A DNA stretch of 46,730 nucleotides, filler included, from Candidatus Latescibacterota bacterium (lineage in GTDB: Bacteria > Latescibacterota > UBA2968 > UBA8231): the NCBI GenBank assembly GCA_965219385.1. It is 2 parts of one record of this genome, joined end to end, with 100 filler letters (N's around TTAATTAATTAA, not from the genome) between each part and the next. Parts side by side here need not be neighbours in the genome. Positions count along the whole stretch, not along the records: positions 1 to 28,975 come from CBDCNM010000001.1; 1 more part is not named here. One strand, 5' to 3'. The position numbers were made by a program, and so were the translations under genes. Position 1 is the first letter of the stretch, and every line of letters starts with the position of its first letter. The notes beneath the pieces are model-generated. The model worked only from the letters and a program-made list of their open reading frames with translations. It searched no databases and was not told where the DNA came from. Shown piece after piece: positions 1 to 8,385 of this stretch.

Positions 1-759
1 GCGTCCGCTGATGTCTTCCACCTCCGGCGAGGTGGCCAGGTACAGAGAGGTGCGAGCGCCTTGTTCGGTGCTGCCGCCGAGGAGGTTGGTGAAGAAGCGC
101 AGGGCCCGGGGCATGCCGATGTAAGCGCCCAGCAGGTTGGTGGCAATGATGCCGGGGTGCAGGCAGTTAGCCGTAACCCGGGTGCCTTCGAGCCGGCGGG
201 CCAGTTCGTAGGTGAACACTACGTTGGCGAGTTTGGTGCGGGCGTAGACCCGGCTGCGGTAGTAAGAGCACGTGGATTGCAAATCCGCGAAGTCGAGGGA
301 GACGCCGCGGCGATGCGCCTGGGAGGAGACGTTGACGATGCGGGCGGGGGCGCTGGACTTGAGCCGGTCGAGCAGCAGATGGGTGAGTAGGAAGTAGGCC
401 AGGTGGTTGACTGCGAACTGGGTTTCGAAACCATCTGCGGTGAGGGTGCGTTTGGGGGGAATGACGGCGGCGTTGTTGATCAGGACGTGCAGGGAGGGAT
501 GGTTGGATTTGAATTCGGCGGCGAGCTGGCGGATGGAGGCCTGGGAGGAGAGGTCGGCGAGCAGTAGGGAGACATGGTCGCTGCCGCTTTGCCGCTGGAT
601 CTGGTTCAGCGTGGCCTGGCCGCGCCCGGGGTCGCGGCAGACCAGTACTACATTCGCGCCCATTTGCGCCAGGCCCAGGGCCGTGGCTTTGCCGATCCCG
701 GCATTGGCGCCAGTGACCAGACAGGTCTTGCCGGTCATGGAATGGGGGGTGTCTGCCAT
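1..759 (-). CDS. Short-chain dehydrogenase/reductase (retinol-DH-like), 3' end beyond window edge
   Basis: Manual translation from ATG 759: MADTPHSMTGKTCLVTGANAGIGKATA (TGxxxGIG), INNAAV, catalytic YARTK; not in ORF track because it runs off the edge. Confidence 0.92.
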   Translation of the reverse strand, partial: MADTPHSMTGKTCLVTGANAGIGKATALGLAQMGANVVLVCRDPGRGQATLNQIQRQSGSDHVSLLLADLSSQASIRQLAAEFKSNHPSLHVLINNAAVIPPKRTLTADGFETQFAVNHLAYFLLTHLLLDRLKSSAPARIVNVSSQAHRRGVSLDFADLQSTCSYYRSRVYARTKLANVVFTYELARRLEGTRVTANCLHPGIIATNLLGAYIGMPRALRFFTNLLGGSTEQGARTSLYLATSPEVEDISGR

Positions 760-960
760 GCCGCGAGAAGCAAACCTACCTCACTACTGCCGATGGTATG
801 TCGGGGCTCTCGGGATTGACCGTTATTGTGCTCCTGGAAGGAGATATAATCTGCGTAAATCAGGCCCACAAAACCTCCTCCTCCATATGAGATTACCGGA
901 TCAATTAATCCGCTCTCTTGTATTTTAGCACAACAGAATAACGAGAGCAAGGGGAACAGT

Positions 961-1035
961 GAGTTCCACTTCCTCGGACTGGACATCGGTGCGGCCGGCC
1001 TCGATCCGGGAAAGGTTCAGGATGTCGTTGATCCG
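961..1035 (-). pseudogene. Histidine kinase (HisKA) scrap
   Basis: Minus strand reads RINDILNLSRIEAGRTDVQSEEVEL, matching LINDILDLSKIEAGRLEIQPESFSL in the kinase at 6335-8348; no start codon. Confidence 0.7.
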
Positions 1036-1040
1036 GGAAG

Positions 1041-1075
1041 GACAGGGGCTCCGGCTGGTTCGTGGAGCCCCTGTC
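1041..1075 (-). terminator. Hairpin downstream of small ORF, probable terminator
   Basis: Perfect 12-bp inverted repeat GACAGGGGCTCC/GGAGCCCCTGTC; U-tail is weak. Confidence 0.5.
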
Positions 1076-1116
1076 GCTCGGCCCGGGATCTTCGGGCCGA
1101 TGCGGTCCGAAGTGGA

Positions 1117-1221
1117 TCAGGCGGCGTAGACAATGGCCTGGTGCAGCATGAGGGCGCTGGCTGCTTCCAGGAGCAGGGCGGCACATGCTACAGTGATAAA
1201 GTGGGTGAACGAGCGTCTCAT
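1117..1221 (-). CDS. Small hydrophobic peptide, 34 aa (alternative in-frame start at 1281, 54 aa)
   Basis: MRRSFTHFITVACAALLLEAASALMLHQAIVYAA; GAGGAG SD 8 nt upstream; lies between a sigma-54 promoter and a hairpin. Confidence 0.5.
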   Translation of the reverse strand: MRRSFTHFITVACAALLLEAASALMLHQAIVYAA

Positions 1222-1320
1222 GGTGGATCTCCTCGAGAGAGTGGGTGGGGATGGGGGGTGGGTGAGGTTTGTGCGTGCCATAATGGGGTTCCTTTGTTTG
1301 CTGCTTTTTTCCCTCATTAT

Positions 1321-1336
1321 TGCAAAGGTTGTGCCA
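1321..1336 (-). promoter_or_regulatory. Sigma-54 (-24/-12) promoter
   Basis: Minus strand TGGCAC-AACCT-TTGCA, exact TGGCAC-N5-TTGC consensus. Confidence 0.85.
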
Positions 1337-1389
1337 GCGGCCGGTCAAATCGGATCAGGAGGCTATGTGGAAGGAATTATATTCAGTGA

Positions 1390-1565
1390 AAACAATATAT
1401 TATGATTTTTTTATTGGAAGGATTTCAGGTGCTGAAGGGAACAGAGTCAGCCGAAGGGAAGTGACAACAAGATGGCCAGTTAAATCAAAAACAGGTAGTA
1501 AGTTTATTAAAAAATTAAAGTTATATAACAGACAAAAATATTGTCGGAGATGACAAAAAAGTGGT
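1390..1565. promoter_or_regulatory. IHF-like site plus upstream enhancer motifs of the sigma-54 promoter (copy A)
   Basis: AAACAATATATTA at 1390-1402 (1 mismatch to WATCARN4TTR); GGAAGTGACAA at 1457; palindrome TTGTC-N6-GACAA at 1541-1556; same motifs recur at 10365-10530. Confidence 0.65.
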
Positions 1566-1711
1566 CGTCTCACCGTGGCAATCTACTCGACCTCAACGGC
1601 GTTGGTTCTGTCTTGATCCTTGTAGCAAAACAGCGTATCTTGCTTTTTGTCAAGCTTGATCTCGGTCCAGTGACAAGGTAGAGCACCTTCCCCAAGCACA
1701 GAGGAGACGCC

Positions 1712-2716
1712 ATGAAAATCACCCGGATAGATCTCTACGAGGTCGAAATACCTCCGATCCCTCCCATCGCCAAGTACCATCCCAAGATTTACGACCTTAC
1801 CCTGTGTCGCGTCCAGACCGACGAGGGGCTGGAAGGCTGGGGAGAATACAACGGCACCCGCTCAGTGTACGAGTCTACCGCCGCGGGCTACGTGGGCCAG
1901 GATCCGCTGGCCCTGGACCCCTTTGCCCAGCCCGATGTGTTCACCTGCGCCTTTCTGGACATTGCCGGCCAGTCCTGGGACATTCCCCTCCACCGGTTCT
2001 TCGGGCAGAAGGTGCGGGACCAGGTACCGGTCTCCTACTGGTCCTGCCACATGGAACCGGAGGAGACCGCGGCCCAGGCCGAGGTGGGCGCGCGCCTGGG
2101 GTTCGAAAACCACAAGCTCAAGGCGCGCTCCTGGGACATTGTGGAAACCGTGCGGCTCATAAAGGAAGCGGCCGGCCCCGACTACACGGTGGGCGTGGAT
2201 CCGAACACCGAGTTCAGGCTGCCGCCGGTCGCCGCCCGGCTGGCCGCGGAGCTGGAGCCGTTCGGGACCGTGGCCAATTTCGAGGATCCGGTGCTCAAGA
2301 ACAACCTGGACTGGTACCGGCTGCTGCGCCAGAAGACCCACATCCCCCTGGCCCTGCACATGGGGGAATCGGAAGGGGTTCTGGCCGCGCTCAAGGCCGA
2401 GTGCATCGACTATGTGAACCTGGGGGGGCCGGCCCAGCAGATCCGCAAGGCCGCGGCCCTGGCCGAAGCAGCGGGTGTGCCCTGCTGGGTGCAGATGGGC
2501 GGCTTGTGCCTGGGGGTGATGGCCGCCTACTCGGTCCACTTGCAGTCCACCCTGCCCAATGCCACCTTGCCCTGCGATGAGCTGCCCTTCACCCGCGTGG
2601 CCGATGTGGTGGCGGACGGGCTGCAACTCGAGAAGGGGCACTTCCTGGTGCCCGGGGAACCGGGGCTGGGCATCAAAGTGGATATGGCCGTGGTCGAAAA
2701 ATACCGGGTGGCCTAA
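1712..2716 (+). CDS. Mandelate racemase/muconate lactonizing enzyme family protein (enolase superfamily)
   Basis: KLK motif, VDPN, FEDP, HMGE metal ligands, C-terminal PGLGI; GAGGAG SD. Confidence 0.9.
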   Translation: MKITRIDLYEVEIPPIPPIAKYHPKIYDLTLCRVQTDEGLEGWGEYNGTRSVYESTAAGYVGQDPLALDPFAQPDVFTCAFLDIAGQSWDIPLHRFFGQKVRDQVPVSYWSCHMEPEETAAQAEVGARLGFENHKLKARSWDIVETVRLIKEAAGPDYTVGVDPNTEFRLPPVAARLAAELEPFGTVANFEDPVLKNNLDWYRLLRQKTHIPLALHMGESEGVLAALKAECIDYVNLGGPAQQIRKAAALAEAAGVPCWVQMGGLCLGVMAAYSVHLQSTLPNATLPCDELPFTRVADVVADGLQLEKGHFLVPGEPGLGIKVDMAVVEKYRVA

Positions 2717-2726
2717 GAAGGCCAAA

Positions 2727-3758
2727 TTATCCGGATTCCCGCTCCTGGTCGAAATCCTGGGAGAGGCCCCCCGCCCTTTCCAGGCCCACGTACTCCCACC
2801 ATTTGGGACCGGGGGGGTGTTCGAGGACCATGGGCTTGAGAAAGGCCACCGACTTTTCCAGGCCCTCTTCGACCTGGATGTACTCGCACTCCATTTCGAC
2901 CGAGAGCACGTGATCGTAGCCGCTCAGGCGCAGGGTGGAGATGAAGTCGCGCCAGACTGCCGCATCGTGGCCCCAGCCGACCAGGGTGTAGGTCCACGAA
3001 CGCTGCTCGGGCTGCTCGATGGTGGTGGTATCCATCATGCCCTTGATCCGGGCGTTGGCATCGTGGATCCGGGTGTCCTTGACGTGCACGTGCTGGATGG
3101 CGTCCCCCAGGTAGCGCACGGCTTCGATCGGGTCGATGCCCTGGTACCACATGTGGGCGATGTCGAAGTTGCAGGCCGTCACCGGGCCGAGCTCTTGGCG
3201 CAGCCGCATCAAGGTGACCGGGTTGTGGATCATGTCGCCGCCGTGCATTTCAAAGCACAGGGTGACGCCGTGGTCGGCGGCGATCTTGCCGTGCTCGCGC
3301 CAGTAGGGCAGGAGCCGTTTCTCCCACTGCCATTCGAGGGTGTCGCGCAGGAAGGGCCACTCGGCAAAGGCCACCCAGTTGGGCGCGGTGTCGCCCTCGG
3401 CACCCTCGGGCAGGCCCGCCAGCAGGGTCAGGCGCTGGATGCTGGCCTTTTCCATCAACTCGCAGGTCTGGCGGAACTGGCGCGAGTATTCGGCCGCGGC
3501 TTCCTCGTCGGGCAGGAGCGGGGCCCCGTGGCCCCCCAGGGAGCTGATCTCGAGGTCGTGGCGCGCAAAGGCGTCGAGCCAGCGGCGGATCTCGCCCGGG
3601 TCGGCGAGCAGTTTCTCGCGCTCGCAGAATTTCGCGCCCCACAGGCCGCAGGCGCCCACCTCCATGGCCTGAAACCCCAGGTCGCGGGCCTGCCGCAAGC
3701 CTTCCTCGAACTCGAACTGCATGAAGTTTTGCGAAATCACCCCTAGTTTCACAATCAT
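2727..3758 (-). CDS. Sugar phosphate isomerase/epimerase (xylose isomerase-like TIM barrel)
   Basis: FEMHG, NFDIAH, HVHVKD, LSVEME motifs; true start may be GTG at 3752 given SD spacing. Confidence 0.88.
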   Translation of the reverse strand: MIVKLGVISQNFMQFEFEEGLRQARDLGFQAMEVGACGLWGAKFCEREKLLADPGEIRRWLDAFARHDLEISSLGGHGAPLLPDEEAAAEYSRQFRQTCELMEKASIQRLTLLAGLPEGAEGDTAPNWVAFAEWPFLRDTLEWQWEKRLLPYWREHGKIAADHGVTLCFEMHGGDMIHNPVTLMRLRQELGPVTACNFDIAHMWYQGIDPIEAVRYLGDAIQHVHVKDTRIHDANARIKGMMDTTTIEQPEQRSWTYTLVGWGHDAAVWRDFISTLRLSGYDHVLSVEMECEYIQVEEGLEKSVAFLKPMVLEHPPGPKWWEYVGLERAGGLSQDFDQERESG

Positions 3759-4543
3759 CCTCCGAGCCGGTTGCGGTAGAGATCAATGGTTTCGTTGAAG
3801 ACCCTGTGTTTCATGCCCACGTCCGGCCCCATGAAGAAGAGCCGCATGCCCAGGTCGCGGTAATGGGCGGCCTGCTGCGGATCGCTCACGCCCCAGCCCA
3901 CGGCTTTTCCGGCGGCGCTGGCGGCTGTTAAAATGTGCTCGATTCTGGGGGCCAGGTAGGCCCTGGCCTCGTCGCCGAAAAGACCCAGGCTCACGCCCCA
4001 GTCCATGGGGCCGACCGAGATCAGGTCGATGCCGTCGATGGCCAGGAGTTCGTCCAGTTGTTCGTAGGCGGCGTCGCTTTCGATCATGGCCATCAGGTGG
4101 GTGACTTGGTTGGCCTGACGCAGGCGCTCCTGGGGATCGGGCGAGAGGGTGTAGCCGGTGCCGGCCACGCTGGAGGCGACCCCGCGCTCGCCCAGCGGCG
4201 GGAACTTGCCGAGTTTGACCAGGTGGTGGGCCTCTTCGATGCTTCTCAGGTCGGGCAGGCAAACGATGTCGGCGCCGCCGTCGAGGAGGTGCTGGACGTG
4301 GGTGCGCGAGAGTTCGATCATGCGCACCAGGGGCACCATGCCCAGGTGGCTGGCCATGCGGCACAGCTCCAGGGCCTGGCCGCTGGACTGGTGGCTGTGC
4401 TCCAGGTCGAGCCAGGCGATGTGGTAGCCGGCCTGGGCCAACAGTTCGAGGTCGGTCCGGGTAGCGTCGCGGCAGATCATGCCGTAGAGGACCTGGTTTG
4501 CGGCGAGGAGTTCTCCGAGGCGGTCTTTCAAGGGTTCGGGCAT
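3755..4543 (-). CDS. HpcH/HpaI aldolase family protein
   Basis: LDLEHS, PPLGERG, MIES, VGPMD motifs; AGGAGG SD before ATG 4543. Confidence 0.88.
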   Translation of the reverse strand: MPEPLKDRLGELLAANQVLYGMICRDATRTDLELLAQAGYHIAWLDLEHSHQSSGQALELCRMASHLGMVPLVRMIELSRTHVQHLLDGGADIVCLPDLRSIEEAHHLVKLGKFPPLGERGVASSVAGTGYTLSPDPQERLRQANQVTHLMAMIESDAAYEQLDELLAIDGIDLISVGPMDWGVSLGLFGDEARAYLAPRIEHILTAASAAGKAVGWGVSDPQQAAHYRDLGMRLFFMGPDVGMKHRVFNETIDLYRNRLGG

Positions 4544-4794
4544 TTGGCATTCCTCCTGAGTTGATTTTCCGATCGCAAGTGCCTTCCCGCTGCTGCGCCC
4601 GCTCGCAGCCCCCACCGCCCTGCCGGCACAATCCCCTCCCGGCCTTGAGGGCTGGGGGTCATGCTATTTTTCGCTGCACTGAATATACGAACAGTGGGGG
4701 CTACCGGCTGTTTTTTCTTGCTGGAACCCGAGAATTGTGGCATGATTTGAGGTCTTTTTAGCTGATTCTCAACAGAGTAGAGGAGCCCACGGAC

Positions 4795-6013
4795 ATGCAG
4801 CTTTCACAGGAGCACATCGAGGCGGTACAGCGCCGGCGGCGGGTGGTGGTCAACTTTGATGTGACCTTTGCCATCAACAGATCTTTCGAATCGTTTCCCG
4901 ACCTGGATGAATTGGTGGAGCATATGTTCGGCTTTGCCGATGCGGAGGGCTCCCAGATCGATAGCATCTGGTGGAACTGGGGCGAGGGCAATCAGGCGCC
5001 CTACCCCAGCCAGTTCCTGCCGCTCTACGATCACCCGCTCTATCGAAAATGGGCTGAGGAGGGGACCGATATCGTGGGGCTTTACCTGGAGGCGACCCGG
5101 AAACGAGGCCTGGAGGCCTTCTTTTCTCACCGCATGAACGGCTCGGACAACGACCTGGGTCCCTTTGCCCGGATCCCGATGAAGGTGGAACACCCCGAAT
5201 GGATGTTCCGCACGCCCTAGTGCACCCACAAGGACCATGGCTACTGGGATTTCGCCCTTCCCGAGGTCCACGAGTACGTGTTGCGCAATCTGGGCGAGGT
5301 GGCCGAGAAGTGGGACTTCGATGGGATGGAACTGGACTTTGCTCGCAGTGGCGTGGTTTGTCCCGCAGGCGAAGCCTGGGTGAACCGCGAACGGCTGACC
5401 CAGTTCGTGCGCCGGATGCGGGGTATGTTGCTCGAGATCGGCACGCGGCGTGGCCGGTCCTTTTTGCTGGCCGCACGGGTGCCGGAGACTCCGGTGGGGG
5501 CGCACTTCGACGGCCTGGAGGTGGAGCAATGGGCCCGGGAGCAGGTACAAGTACGCCAATACCAATATGCTGGCCCCCCTGCCGGCATTCCTGGACAACC
5601 AGGGCAAGGTAGATACCCTGCTGCCGCTGTGGGTGGGCGACGACCTGGAGGCCGAAGCCGGCCACATTGAGTCGGTCTCCGTACGCCTGCTGCTCTCCGA
5701 TCCAGGGGCGCGGAATTGGCCCGCAGAGCAACGGCTGGAGACGACCGAAGTGGCGACCATTGGCCATCCCGGCGGCCCGCTGCAGAATATCCCGGCTGTT
5801 AGAGAGATCGAAGAAGGCATTGAGGTGAGGGTCAACAACATCCTGCTGGACAGGGCCTTGGTCGAGGGCGGGTGGCTGGTCTTCAGGGCCGAGTCTGGAC
5901 AGTTTGCCGTGGGCGAAAATCTGCTTGGAATTGTGGTCGAGGGGCGCCCACTCGATGGGCCGCGGCTGCTGATTGAAAAGCTGGAGGTGGAGGTAAAGTA
6001 CCGCGGTGAGTAG
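4795..6013 (+). pseudogene. Glycoside hydrolase-like (GHL10-type TIM barrel) pseudogene
   Basis: SHRMNG..HPEW, in-frame TAG at 5218-5220, then WDFALPEV..FDGMELDF; frame change with apparent deletion near 5545. Confidence 0.7.
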
Positions 6014-6282
6014 TTCGGGGGTACCAGGGAGAACTGGTGGAACATAACTCGGGGCGGGGTAGATTCGCCCACGGACAATGGACCGAGGTGGACGAATCGC
6101 AAGCGGTGTACGTGGAATGTCCGGGGGGCACGGTCGTGTTGTTTCCCGCCAATATAGTGCACGGCGCCGCCACCAACACCAGTGACCAATCGCGGTACAG
6201 CACGGCATGGCATTACATTCCGGCGGATCTGGAGAGGCTCCCGTTCGGCGAGTACGAGGACCGGCACCTTGTACGGGAATAG
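6010..6282 (+). pseudogene. Phytanoyl-CoA dioxygenase (PhyH) family C-terminal fragment
   Basis: VECPGGTVVLFPANIVHGAATNTSDQSRYSTAWHY; N-terminal HxD half absent, in-frame stop at 6007. Confidence 0.72.
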
Positions 6283-6334
6283 TGGAAAGTTACAGGGCTT
6301 GACAGAGTAGGATCCGGGCCGAGCTCCCGGGTAT

Positions 6335-8348
6335 CTATTTTTGGAAATAGGTCGGCAGGGTCAGGGTGAAGGTGGAACCTTTGTCCACCTCGCTCTCCAC
6401 GCGGATGCTGCCGCCGAGCATCTGGGCTAGTTTCTGGGTGATGGACAGGCCCAGCCCGGTGCCGCCGTACCTGCGGGTGGTGGAACCATCGGCCTGGCGG
6501 AACTGGTCGAAGATGTATTCTAAAGACTCGGGCAGGATGCCGATGCCGGTGTCGGCCACGGCCAGGTCGATATGGTCGGCATCCGTCGGCCGCAGGGACA
6601 GGGTGATGCTGCCCTTTTCAGTGAACTTGGCGGCGTTGCTCAACAGGTTGATGAGGATCTGGCGCACCCGGGTGGGGTCGGTGTAGACGACGTCGATTTC
6701 CGCGGCCAGGTCGGCACGGATTTCGACGCCGGTTTTGACCATCGGACTCACCGTGTCCAGGCAGGACTCCACCAGCTCGCGCAGGGAGAAGGACTCGGGC
6801 TGGATCTCCAGGCGGCCGGCCTCGATCTTGGACAGGTCCAGGATGTCGTTGATCAGGTTCATGAGGACCTCGGAACTCTGCAGGACCTTTTCCAGGTTGT
6901 CGATCTGGCGTTTGGGCAGCAGGTCCCTGGAGCGGCGCAGGACGAGCTTGGAAAAGCCGACGATGGCGTTCATGGGGGTGCGGAGTTCGTGGGACATATT
7001 GGCCAGGAACTCGGATTTGAGCCGGTTGGCTTCCTGGATCTGCCGATTGGCTTCCTCCAGAGCCTGGTTCTGCTCCTCGAGGCGGAGATTGACCTGCTCC
7101 AGCTCGGCGGTGCGGCGCTGGACGCGGTCCTCCAGTTCCTCGTTCAGGTTGCGCAGATCCTCCAGGGTGGTCTTCAGGCTCAGGGCCATGCGGTTGAAGG
7201 ATTCGGCCAGGGTGCGGGTCTCGTCACGGGTGCTCACCTTGATCTCCTGGTCCAGTTCGCCCGCGGCAATGGCCTCGGCGGCCCAGGTGACCTGGCGGAT
7301 GGAGCCGGTGAGGCGGCCGATGACCATGGGAATCAGGATCAGGGCCCAGATCACCACGACAAAGGTGATACCCAGATTCAAGCGGCCGGCCCGGCGCACC
7401 GCGGCGGTGCGCTGCGACAGGGGCGTGAGCACGGCAAAGGTCCAGCGCAATTCCTCCAAGTCGGCGTAGGTGAACAGCCACTCCTCGTCTTCCCGCTGGA
7501 AGCGTGCGGATCCTTCTCTCCCGGGTTTTACTTGGGGAAAGGCCCGGGCAAAGTCGGGCAGGACCCAGTCTATTTGCCAGCCGATCAGGGATACCTCCGG
7601 GTGGGAGAGCAGCCGGTTGTTGTCGCGTTCGACCAGGACCAGGTGGTGGGTCAGGCCCGGGCGCTTGCCGCCGGGGCGGCTGTCGAGGATGGGGGAGATC
7701 TGGGCTTGCTCAAGGAGGCGGTCCACCTCCAGATCGGCCAGGAGGAAGCCGATTCGGCGGCCGTTTTCCGGGTCCTTTATCCAGTGGCCCAGGCGCAGGA
7801 TCGGACCGTAGGTGTCCACATTTTGGTTGGTGACGAAAAGCCTGTCTTCACCCTGGTACGGGGTCGGATCAAAGGTGAAGGTCGTGTCCTCCCTGGCCAG
7901 GACGTAGGACCCGGCTACGGCTTTGCTCTCGACCCCGGTTGGGGCCGTTGTTGCGGCTGAGCGGGCGTACTTGAAGAGCAATTCGCCCTCCAGGTCCAGG
8001 TAATAAACCCGGGCAAAGACCTCGCGCGGGCCGGTGAAGAACTGGCGGAAGAAGGCCCTGAGCCGCGGCTCCAGCCGCTCCAGGGCGGCGGATCCTTCCC
8101 GGGCATCGCCGGCGTAGAGATCCTGGATCTCCTGGTTCCAGACCAGCAGCTCGACCAGGTCCTGCCCGGATGCTACGGCCTTGTCCGCCGTTGGCGGCGG
8201 CCCGTGCGGCGGCCCCCAGGGCCCGCTGCTCCACCACGCGCTCGATGGCACCTATCGAGTTGTAGTAGGAGGCCAGGCCCACGGCGACCAGGCCCGCGGC
8301 CACGGCAAAGAAGAGGAGGAGGAGTTTGGTTCGGATGCTCAGTTGCAT
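6335..8348 (-). pseudogene. Membrane sensor histidine kinase (Cache-like, HAMP, HisKA, HATPase) with one frameshift near 8190
   Basis: N-terminal TM MQLSIRTKLLLLFFAV in ORF 7869..8348; remainder (SHELRTPM, NLLSNAAKFT, DTGIGI, GTGLGL) in ORF 6335..8251; could be a sequencing indel. Confidence 0.85.
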
Positions 8349-8385
8349 GAAGATTTTTGAATGTAGCGCTTCGCGCCCAGCTATT

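Noticed and set aside
5218..5220. Pyrrolysine or stop-codon readthrough
   Set aside because: The gene has a second lesion, no pyl genes are visible, and other genes here use TAG as a normal stop.
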